A stretch of DNA of 44,720 nucleotides, taken from NCBI GenBank assembly GCA_964608055.1, contig CAZSMJ010000003.1:1-44720 (forward strand). The letters run 5' to 3'. Origin of the DNA: an uncultured Acidimicrobiaceae bacterium. Lineage in GTDB: Bacteria > Actinomycetota > Acidimicrobiia > Spongiisociales > ZC4RG35. Both the position numbers and the translations under genes were made by a program. Positions 31,937 to 38,918 of this stretch are shown one piece after another (positions within the stretch are counted from its first letter, which is position 1; the number at the start of each line of letters is the position of its first letter). The notes beneath the pieces are model-generated. The model was given only the letters and a program-made list of their open reading frames with translations, was not told the origin of the DNA and did not search any database.

Positions 31937-33025
31937 TCAAGCAACGGGCTCTAGAACCTTCTGCTCTTCGGCGTCGCCTTCGAAGCGACTCGTAGTCTCG
32001 AGGAAGAGTTGTGCCGACGTTGAATCCAGAAACACCAGGCCGGTGTTGGTTTCGGGCGGGGTCGCCACACCACCCGACAGCTTGTACAGGTACATGTAGA
32101 GCACCGGCAGGAATCCCTGCAGATAGGGCTGTTGGTCGATTGTGAAGTCGAGCACGCCTTCGGACACCAACTCGACGGTGGTTGGCAGGAGGTCGTAGCC
32201 ACCTGCCCCCAGGAGCCCGTTGTCCCGCGCATTCTGTGACTGCACGACCTGTCCTACCCCCTGGGTGCTCCCGGCGTCGACGGCAAACATCCCGGTTGCG
32301 TCGGTGTTGCCGAGATACCACGCCTCGATAGTGCTCAACTCCTCCTCCAGGCTCGCACCCGTGGCGACGTCGAGTGCCTCGATGTCTGCCCCGGATTCGG
32401 CGATGGCATCCAACGCCCCATCGATGCGCGGCTGGATGTTGAGCTGGCCCGGCGTGGCGATGAACAACCCGACCTTCCCGGAACCGACCAGTTCGACGAT
32501 TCGCAGGCCCATTGCGAACCCGGATCCGTATAGATCCTGCCCGACATAGGCCAAACGGCTGTTGGGCGCGTCTGCGTTGTAGGAGAGAACCGGGATCCCG
32601 GCCGCGAGCGCTTCATCGGTGGGGCCGTTGAATGCCTCCAGGTCGACGATCGCGATACCGATGCCATCGGCCTCGGCAGCAATGGCTGCCTCGAATGCAT
32701 TGACCATCTCGCCGTTGTCGGCTATCTCCGAGCCCGTCCACTGAAATGTGGTTCCCAGGATCGAGGAGGCATCCTCGATCCCGTACACGGTCGGAACGAA
32801 GAATGGGTTCGTGGTGACGTGATTCACGAACACGAAATTCCATTCCGGGGTTTCGGGGAAATTCCCCGCCCCGGCGCCTGCTCCGGCGCCGCCGCCGGCC
32901 GCAGTGGATGAGGCTCCGCTGGAACTGGTGCAGGCATTGATCATGCCGGCCGCCGTCACCACGCCAACAGCCCTCAGAAAGTTCCGCCGCGATGTTCCAT
33001 ACAGAACCGGTCGTGTTGGGTCCAT
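31937..33025 (-). CDS. Sugar ABC transporter substrate-binding lipoprotein (RbsB-like, Tat signal)
   Basis: Twin-arginine signal SRRNFLRAVGVV with lipobox MINAC. Periplasmic-binding-protein type-I fold pattern. ATG 33025 is preceded by GGAGGAGG at a 5-nt spacing. An in-frame ATG at 33058 lies inside the palindrome. Confidence 0.85.
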   Translation of the reverse strand: MDPTRPVLYGTSRRNFLRAVGVVTAAGMINACTSSSGASSTAAGGGAGAGAGAGNFPETPEWNFVFVNHVTTNPFFVPTVYGIEDASSILGTTFQWTGSEIADNGEMVNAFEAAIAAEADGIGIAIVDLEAFNGPTDEALAAGIPVLSYNADAPNSRLAYVGQDLYGSGFAMGLRIVELVGSGKVGLFIATPGQLNIQPRIDGALDAIAESGADIEALDVATGASLEEELSTIEAWYLGNTDATGMFAVDAGSTQGVGQVVQSQNARDNGLLGAGGYDLLPTTVELVSEGVLDFTIDQQPYLQGFLPVLYMYLYKLSGGVATPPETNTGLVFLDSTSAQLFLETTSRFEGDAEEQKVLEPVA

Positions 33026-33046
33026 ACGATCCTCCTCCAGGGGATT

Positions 33047-33080
33047 GCCATCTCCCATTCATCCATGAATGGGAGATGGC
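33047..33080. promoter_or_regulatory. 34-bp inverted repeat (16-bp perfect arms, 2-nt centre): candidate operator or 5'-UTR hairpin of the sugar operon
   Basis: Sequence is GCCATCTCCCATTCAT-CC-ATGAATGGGAGATGGC. It lies 22-55 nt upstream of the SBP start codon and 9 nt upstream of its RBS. Confidence 0.5.
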
Positions 33081-33081
33081 G

Positions 33082-33111
33082 ACAATAAACAAACTCCGCT
33101 TGACCGCGCAA
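33082..33111 (-). promoter_or_regulatory. Candidate sigma-70-type promoter for the sugar operon
   Basis: The minus strand reads TTGCGC - 18 nt - TATTGT (fits the actinobacterial TAnnnT -10). The predicted start site falls inside the 33047..33080 palindrome. Purely sequence-based. Confidence 0.3.
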
Positions 33112-33237
33112 GCGAATGCAGTAAAACGTTTGCACCACTTCGAATTTGGCTCGGGGAGACGGCCTCAGTTGGAGATGGAGAATTGATCAGGGATACCGAC
33201 TGGGAGTCGATCAGGGTGCCTGGCACAGTCGCCGACC

Positions 33238-33768
33238 ATGCGAAGAAACACCAGACTCATGTCTCTGATCACGGTCGCGGCCCTGGTCGCCGCCTGCGGA
33301 TCTGACACCCCTCCCACAACCACTGTCGGCGAGACGACGACTACCACGGTCGCCGACATCTCCACCACGACCAGTCCTGAAACCGCGACGACGGCAGCTG
33401 CAGGGGCAATCGTCCCCGGTGAGGATCCCGAAGTGGATGCGATCGTGGCCGTGTATGCCGTTGCCTTCGACAGCACCACCACCTTCGAGGAGAAGGCTGC
33501 GGTCCTGGTCGACTCGGCGGGTCTCGAGGACACCGTGGCTGCCTATGCCACCACCGGCGAGTCCGTGGGTGGAGTGACCACCGAGGTCAATGCGGTGGTG
33601 ATCGAAGCCGAGACGGCGGAGGTGACCTACACCTTGATGTTCGCCGACAATCCGACCTATCCGGGGCTGAAAGGTGACGCGGTGCTGACAGAGGACGGTT
33701 GGAAGATCTCCCGCGAGACGTTCTGCGAGATCATGTCCTCGGCCCGGGTGGGTTGCCCGACTGGATGA
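33238..33768 (+). CDS. Secreted lipoprotein of unknown function (MTB12/CFP-2-like C-terminal domain)
   Basis: Lipobox LVAACGS and a Thr-rich linker. The ~120-aa domain pattern FEEKAAVLVDS...AEVTYTL...DGWKISRETFCEIM...GCP resembles my recollection of the Mtb MTB12 family. The stop overlaps the hmuT-like start (ATGA). Confidence 0.6.
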   Translation: MRRNTRLMSLITVAALVAACGSDTPPTTTVGETTTTTVADISTTTSPETATTAAAGAIVPGEDPEVDAIVAVYAVAFDSTTTFEEKAAVLVDSAGLEDTVAAYATTGESVGGVTTEVNAVVIEAETAEVTYTLMFADNPTYPGLKGDAVLTEDGWKISRETFCEIMSSARVGCPTG

Positions 33769-34631
33769 GGCGGGTCGCCGCCACTCTCGTCGCGGTCTCC
33801 GCCCTACTCGCCGCATGCGCCGATACGGACGCCGTTGCTGAGCCTGTCGACCCGACACGGATCGTGTCCCTCTCCGGGGACATCACCGAGATCCTGTTCG
33901 AGCTCGGTGTTGGTGACCAGGTCGTCGGCGTCGACGTGACCACCGTTGCGCCGGAGCCAGCGACTGATCTTCCGATCGTCGGGGTCGGGCGATTCCTCAC
34001 GGCCGAGGGCGTCCTCGGCGCCGACCCCACCCTGGTGATTGGAGACACCCAGACCGCACCCGCATCAGCCCTGGACCAGATCCGCGCCGCCGGGGTGACC
34101 GTTGAGATCCTCGAGGTGCCGGAATCGTTCGACGAGCTCTACGAGAAGATCAATACCATCGGGGATCTCTTGGGCCTGCCCGAAGCTGCTTCGACTCTCG
34201 CGGCGAGAGTCGAAGCTGAGGTGGACGAAGTCGCGACCGGGGCGGTGACGAGCGCCCCGCGGGTGGCGTACATCTACACCCGCGGCCCCGACGTCACCCT
34301 CCTCTTCGGAGACGGGATGACCACGAAACCTCTGATCGAGGCGGCGGGCGGCCTCGACAGTGGGGCGGAGATCGGGATCGTGGGAACGGCTCCGGTGACA
34401 GCCGAGGCTCTGATCGAGGCGGCCCCCGACGTGATCATCGTCCCCGCCGAAGGGGTGGAGATGATCGGCGGGATCGAGGCCTTCCTCGAGCTGCCTGGGA
34501 TACGGCAGACCCCGGCCGGGGAGCAGGGATCGATCCTTGCCTACCCGGAGGGGGACTTCCTCACCTTCGGGCCGAGAATCGCCGACTCGCTGCGTCTCCT
34601 CATCGAGGACCTGGCCGCACTTCACAATTGA
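33765..34631 (+). CDS. Heme/iron-siderophore/B12-type ABC substrate-binding lipoprotein (HmuT-like)
   Basis: Lipobox LLAACAD. RIVSLSGDITEILFELGVGDQVVGVD is typical of class III (helical-backbone) binding proteins. ATG 33765. Confidence 0.85.
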   Translation: MRRVAATLVAVSALLAACADTDAVAEPVDPTRIVSLSGDITEILFELGVGDQVVGVDVTTVAPEPATDLPIVGVGRFLTAEGVLGADPTLVIGDTQTAPASALDQIRAAGVTVEILEVPESFDELYEKINTIGDLLGLPEAASTLAARVEAEVDEVATGAVTSAPRVAYIYTRGPDVTLLFGDGMTTKPLIEAAGGLDSGAEIGIVGTAPVTAEALIEAAPDVIIVPAEGVEMIGGIEAFLELPGIRQTPAGEQGSILAYPEGDFLTFGPRIADSLRLLIEDLAALHN

Positions 34632-35617
34632 CCCGACGCCTCGCCCTCCTGATCGGCATTCTCGCCGCGGTCTGCGTGCTCAGTCTCGGCGTGGGCAGCA
34701 TCGCCCTCTCCCCAGCCGAGGTTTGGGAAGGTCTTCTCACCGGTCCCGGGCTCGGTTCCGCACCCCGGGTCGATGAGGCGGTGATCTGGGAACTGCGCCT
34801 TCCCCGAACGCTCGCCGTTCTGATGGTCGGTGGAGGTCTCGCCGCCGCCGGCGTCGGCCTTCGCGGGGTCTACCGCAATCCGCTGGCAGAGCCCTACCTC
34901 CTCGGGATCTCTTCGGCGGCAGGTCTCGGGGTGGTGGTCGGATCGCTGTTCACCCCTGCCGGCGTGCCACCGGTGGCGGGAGCCATCCTGGGCGCGACAG
35001 CCGCGGCGGCGACGGCGTTGGCTACCAATCGGCTCGCGGCGATCACCGGGGACGGAGCTCGGCTCCTCCTCGTAGGAGTCGCGCTCGGGCTCACCTTTCT
35101 CGCCTGGACCGTTGTCATCGTCTTCGTCGGTGATAGTCCGCGGCTCCCAACCTTCACCTACTTCGTCTTCGGGAGCTTCGGCGCGGTCACCTGGCGTCAT
35201 CTCTTGGTGGCATTCCCTCTGATCCTTTTCGGGATAGGGGTCGTTGCGGCCCGAGCCCGGTCGTTGGACCTGATGGCCCTTGGTGAAGGCCAGGCTCGCG
35301 GTCTCGGCGTCGAGGTCCAGGGCACAACAACCTGGGTCCTGGTCGCGGCCGGTGTCGCCACCGGGGCTTCGGTGGCCATCGCCGGAGTTATCGGCTTGGT
35401 GGGCCTGGTCGCCCCCTATCTAGCGGCGAGAGTGGCCGGCCCCCGCCACGGAGGGCTGCTTCCCGCGGCCATCACGATCGGCGCCATCTTCCTGTTGGTC
35501 TCCGACCTCGTTTCCCGAAGCGTGGCCGCCCCGGTCGAAGTGCCAGTGGGCATCATTTCGGCTGCGGCAGGAGGCCTACTGCTGAGTTTCCTGCTCCTCA
35601 GGCCGCGGTCGATCTGA
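34628..35617 (+). CDS. FecCD-family ABC permease (HmuU-like)
   Basis: 329 aa with about 9-10 TM segments. Motifs LRLPRTLAVLMVGGGLAAAG and GVIGLVGLVAPYLAAR. TTG start overlaps the SBP stop (TTGA). Confidence 0.9.
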   Translation: MTRRLALLIGILAAVCVLSLGVGSIALSPAEVWEGLLTGPGLGSAPRVDEAVIWELRLPRTLAVLMVGGGLAAAGVGLRGVYRNPLAEPYLLGISSAAGLGVVVGSLFTPAGVPPVAGAILGATAAAATALATNRLAAITGDGARLLLVGVALGLTFLAWTVVIVFVGDSPRLPTFTYFVFGSFGAVTWRHLLVAFPLILFGIGVVAARARSLDLMALGEGQARGLGVEVQGTTTWVLVAAGVATGASVAIAGVIGLVGLVAPYLAARVAGPRHGGLLPAAITIGAIFLLVSDLVSRSVAAPVEVPVGIISAAAGGLLLSFLLLRPRSI

Positions 35618-36378
35618 TGTTGATCGCGGATCAAGTCAGCTATCACCTTGGTGACACCGTCGTCGTCTCGGAAACCACTCTCGATGTGAAAACCGGAGAA
35701 TTCGTCGCCGTGGTCGGGCCCAATGGCGCCGGTAAGACGACCTTGCTCGCGATGCTTGCTGGTGAGTTGGACCCGACGTCGGGCTCGATCATGTTGGGGG
35801 GCAATCCGCTGCGCGATATCCCGCTCGAGGAGCGAGCGCGACGCCGCGCCTACCTGTCACCAACACAGCTCGGTGGAATCGCCTTCACGGTCCGCGACCT
35901 GGTGGCTATGGGGCGGCATCCCTGGCGAGCCCACGGTCTGGCTGACGCCGAAGCTGTCGAGGCGGCGATGCGGGCCGCAGGTATCGAGCACCTGGCTGAA
36001 CGCGTCTTTGGCTCCCTCTCCACCGGTGAGGCGCAACTCGGCCAGATCGGGCGGATTCTCGCCCAGGACACCCCCTTGTTGCTCCTCGACGAGCCGACGA
36101 CAGGGATGGACATCGGTCATCAGGACCGGATCCTCCAAACACTCGCTGAGTCGACCCGCGACAAGAGAAGCGTGATCGCGGTGATCCATGATCTCAACGC
36201 GGCAACGTCGGTGGCGGATCGCATGGTCATGATGTCGGAGGGGTCGGCGGTGGCGATCGGCCCGCCATCCGAAGTGCTCGATGGGGATCTCTTGAGCAGG
36301 GTATACGCCCACCCGATCTCGGTGATCGATCACCCGTTTCGGGCTGGCCCTTTGGTCTTGCTCCGGAATCAGACCTAG
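35617..36378 (+). CDS. ABC transporter ATP-binding protein (HmuV-like) with divergent signature motif
   Basis: Walker A GPNGAGKTT, Walker B LLLLDEPTTGMD, H-loop VIHDLN. The signature region reads LSTGEAQL instead of LSGGEQQR. The ATG overlaps the permease TGA by 1 nt. Confidence 0.9.
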   Translation: MLIADQVSYHLGDTVVVSETTLDVKTGEFVAVVGPNGAGKTTLLAMLAGELDPTSGSIMLGGNPLRDIPLEERARRRAYLSPTQLGGIAFTVRDLVAMGRHPWRAHGLADAEAVEAAMRAAGIEHLAERVFGSLSTGEAQLGQIGRILAQDTPLLLLDEPTTGMDIGHQDRILQTLAESTRDKRSVIAVIHDLNAATSVADRMVMMSEGSAVAIGPPSEVLDGDLLSRVYAHPISVIDHPFRAGPLVLLRNQT

Positions 36379-36379
36379 C

Positions 36380-37063
36380 TCAGACAGCAGGCGCCTCCAC
36401 AGCGCCGGCGGTGCCGATCTCGTTGATAGTGGTGGTGACCTCGGCGGTGTCGGCGCCCGATTGAGCCTGGTAGTGGATCTCGGTGACGAGGCTGCCGCTC
36501 ACCGTAATCGCGACTCGGGTGCCCGCAGCCGGGCCGGCAGCGGGCCCGAGCGTCGCCAGGATCACGAACACCTCGCTGTCAGTCGACTCCAAGGCGAGAT
36601 CGGTGACATCGGCGAGCCCCGCTAGCGGCGCTCCCGCCGGCGCCTCGCCTTCGAGAACGGACCACTCGTCGTCGGGCCCGGTCACCCACTCCCCTTCGGG
36701 TGTTCTCACATAGGAGACCTCAGAGGTGCCGGCCATGATGCTGGCCGCCACCGATTCACCGTCCACGACCCCTTGGATCGTGGTGACCGTCTGTTCTCCC
36801 ACCGTCACCACCGATTGGAACGCGTAGTTGGGAGAGGTCGCGGCCAGCGCCCCTCTAAAAACGGCCCCGACATCGATCGCCTGGGTACTGCTGGTCGGGG
36901 CGAGAGTGGTCGCAACCGTAGTGCTGGGAGTCGTGGGGGCAGGGCTCGTCGTCGTGACCACAGCCCCGGTGGTGGAACAGGCCACAACCAGGGCCAGAAG
37001 AGGCCGGAGGGCCCATTTGATGGGCCCTCCGTGAGGCTGGCGAATGCCAGTGTGGTGAACCAA
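36380..37063 (-). CDS. Secreted lipoprotein, unknown function
   Basis: Lipobox LVVACST, a Thr/Pro/Ser linker and a beta-rich ~150-aa domain. Only a TTG start (37063) is available, 5 nt after the upstream stop. Confidence 0.6.
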   Translation of the reverse strand: MVHHTGIRQPHGGPIKWALRPLLALVVACSTTGAVVTTTSPAPTTPSTTVATTLAPTSSTQAIDVGAVFRGALAATSPNYAFQSVVTVGEQTVTTIQGVVDGESVAASIMAGTSEVSYVRTPEGEWVTGPDDEWSVLEGEAPAGAPLAGLADVTDLALESTDSEVFVILATLGPAAGPAAGTRVAITVSGSLVTEIHYQAQSGADTAEVTTTINEIGTAGAVEAPAV

Positions 37064-37068
37064 TCGTC

Positions 37069-37989
37069 TCAGCCTCGATCCTCACCGTCGTCGTCTCCGC
37101 CACGGTCGCGGTCGTTGTCTCGATCGCCGCGGCGGTCTTCACGATCACGATCTTCGTCATCGTCACGTGAATCCGAGCGATCCCCGAACCCGGCGGTGGC
37201 GCCGACTTGGTCGTCGTCACCCGGACGGTCGCGATCGCCGCGACGGTCGTCGTGGTCCCAGCCACATCGGACGTGGTTCCTGGAATCGAGGGTCACCGCC
37301 AGCTTGACGGCCAACTCACCGTCGTCGTCGACACGGGTCGAGGCGAGGAAGCTCACCTTGGCCGTGCTCTCACCGGAGATCAATGTGACCTTGATCCGGA
37401 ACTTGTTCTTCTCATCGGAGGTCTTGACACTTGGCTCGCTGATCTCGGCGGTGACGCCCGCGGGGAGGACGATGTCACCGATAGTGATGGAGGGAACGTT
37501 CCCGTCGAAGGCCACGGTGTACGGAATCGTCACCACCCCGGTGCCGAACACATCGGCGGACCAGGATCCTGGCCCGGTCACGTCGGTGGTGGCATCGGCA
37601 GTGACGGTGGTCTTGACTCCACCTGCTGTCGCACCATCTTCGCCCTTGTCCTTGGAGTAGGACTTGACGACGACCTGGGTGTCACCGTCGGCGAGGAGGA
37701 AGACAACTTTGTGATCACCCTCCTTGACGATCGTGGCGCCCGACGGGTCGAGTGCGACTTCGGTGATGGTGCCGGTGGCGTCACGCGTCAGGGACACGGT
37801 GAGACCTGAACCGAGCACGGGGAGCACCGAGGTGACCGCGGTTACCGGTGGCACCACGACCTCGGGCAAAGTGGTTGTGGTCTCTTCCTCTGTCGATTCG
37901 GTCTCGGCCTGGGCGATACCCGGCATCGCAGTCACGACGGCCATTGCCAGCGTCGTGAGCAGCACTTTTGTCCGGTAGCGGGATCCCAT
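37069..37989 (-). CDS. Secreted protein with beta-rich body and ~60-aa Arg/Asp-repeat C-terminal tail, unknown function
   Basis: ATG 37989 is preceded by AAGGAGG at an 8-nt spacing. Signal peptide MGSRYRTKVLLTTLAMAVVTAMPGIAQA. The tail is HVRCGWDHDDRRGDRDRPGDDD...EDRRGDRDNDRDRGGDDDGEDRG. Confidence 0.7.
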   Translation of the reverse strand: MGSRYRTKVLLTTLAMAVVTAMPGIAQAETESTEEETTTTLPEVVVPPVTAVTSVLPVLGSGLTVSLTRDATGTITEVALDPSGATIVKEGDHKVVFLLADGDTQVVVKSYSKDKGEDGATAGGVKTTVTADATTDVTGPGSWSADVFGTGVVTIPYTVAFDGNVPSITIGDIVLPAGVTAEISEPSVKTSDEKNKFRIKVTLISGESTAKVSFLASTRVDDDGELAVKLAVTLDSRNHVRCGWDHDDRRGDRDRPGDDDQVGATAGFGDRSDSRDDDEDRDREDRRGDRDNDRDRGGDDDGEDRG

Positions 37990-38069
37990 AGGCGATACCT
38001 CCTTGTATCGGGGATTGCCCGCTCTACCCATCGTGGCGAGGCCTCATACCTTGCTGGAGGCCTGGGTCG

Positions 38070-38918
38070 CTACAACCCTTTGGGGTGCCAGACCGTCTTG
38101 GTCTCGGTGAAGGCGGCGATCCGATAAGGGCTCTGCCCGGCGCCATTGGAAGACGGCAACACGATCCGTTTCACGTTGTGGACCGCACCCTGTTGCACCC
38201 GGACCGCCTGCTCCGGGGTTGCTCCCCCGGCGTCGACGGCGTTGACATCCATGTGATCGGCCAGCCAGGGGATCAGCTCGTCCTTGAGCCCGGTCAGGAC
38301 GTTGACCACTCCACCGGGCACGTCGGAGCTGTTGAGCACCTCGGTGAAGGTGATTGCCGGCATCGGGAACTGCTCCGAGGCAAGGACCACAGCCGTGTTC
38401 CCCGGAACCATCACCGGCGCCAAACGGGAGACCAGACCCAGCAAAGCCGGCTCCTCCGGGACAATCACCCCGACCACACCGGTCGGTTCCGGTGAGGAGA
38501 TATTGAAGAACGGCCCCGCCACCGGGTTGAGATTGCCGTAGATCTGGGCGAACTTGTCGGCCCAACCGGCGTACCAAACCATGCGGTCGATCGAAGCCGC
38601 CACTTCGGTCTCCGCAGCCTTCTTGGTTGCTCCACCAGCGCTCAACTGCGCGACGAAGGTCCCTCGCCGATCCTCCAAGGTCTCGGCGATCCGGTACATG
38701 ACCTGGCCCCGGTTGTATCCGCTGGTGCCCGCCCACCCCGACACCGCCTCCCGGGCCACTCGCACTGCATCCCGCAGGTCCTTGCGGCTTCCCTGGGCCA
38801 CCCGGGCCAGGACCTCACCGTCGGCGCCGAGGGCGGCAAAGGAGCGGCCCGACTCGGAACGGGGGAATTTTCCCCCGATGTACAGCTTGTAGGTCTTGCG
38901 AACGTCGAGACGGCTCAT
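38070..38918 (-). CDS. Aldehyde-dehydrogenase-like protein lacking the catalytic domain
   Basis: 282 aa. The N-terminus KTYKLYIGGKFPRSESG and VVGVIVPEEPALLGLVSRLAPVMVPGNTAVVLAS...GGVVNVLTG align by eye with the cofactor-binding half of the adjacent ALDH. The ELGGK, catalytic-Cys and PFGG motifs are absent. ATGA overlap with the upstream ALDH stop. Confidence 0.75.
   Translation of the reverse strand: MSRLDVRKTYKLYIGGKFPRSESGRSFAALGADGEVLARVAQGSRKDLRDAVRVAREAVSGWAGTSGYNRGQVMYRIAETLEDRRGTFVAQLSAGGATKKAAETEVAASIDRMVWYAGWADKFAQIYGNLNPVAGPFFNISSPEPTGVVGVIVPEEPALLGLVSRLAPVMVPGNTAVVLASEQFPMPAITFTEVLNSSDVPGGVVNVLTGLKDELIPWLADHMDVNAVDAGGATPEQAVRVQQGAVHNVKRIVLPSSNGAGQSPYRIAAFTETKTVWHPKGL

Noticed and set aside
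33064-33087. 7-codon mini-ORF (MNGRWRQ*) starting inside the palindrome
   Set aside because: It has no RBS. It is a trivial consequence of the ATGAATGGGAGATGG arm, and a mirror ATG exists on the other strand.
33100-33237. Possible cobalamin riboswitch, IdeR/DtxR iron box or + strand promoter (TTGACC-16-TAAAAC) upstream of the hmu-like operon
   Set aside because: I found no B12-box-like core, and no match to my recollection of the TTAGGTTAGGCTAACCTAA-type iron box. The -10 candidate lacks the conserved final T. The direct repeats (T/C)GATCAGGG at about 33184 and 33209 were noted but are too short to interpret.
36855-37265. 136-aa minus-strand ORF with a Cys/His-rich C-terminus (GCGHDDEPCPHDSQHYGCDH)
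   Set aside because: It is a different frame spanning the junction of two better-supported secreted-protein genes, with no RBS. It is most likely a shadow ORF.
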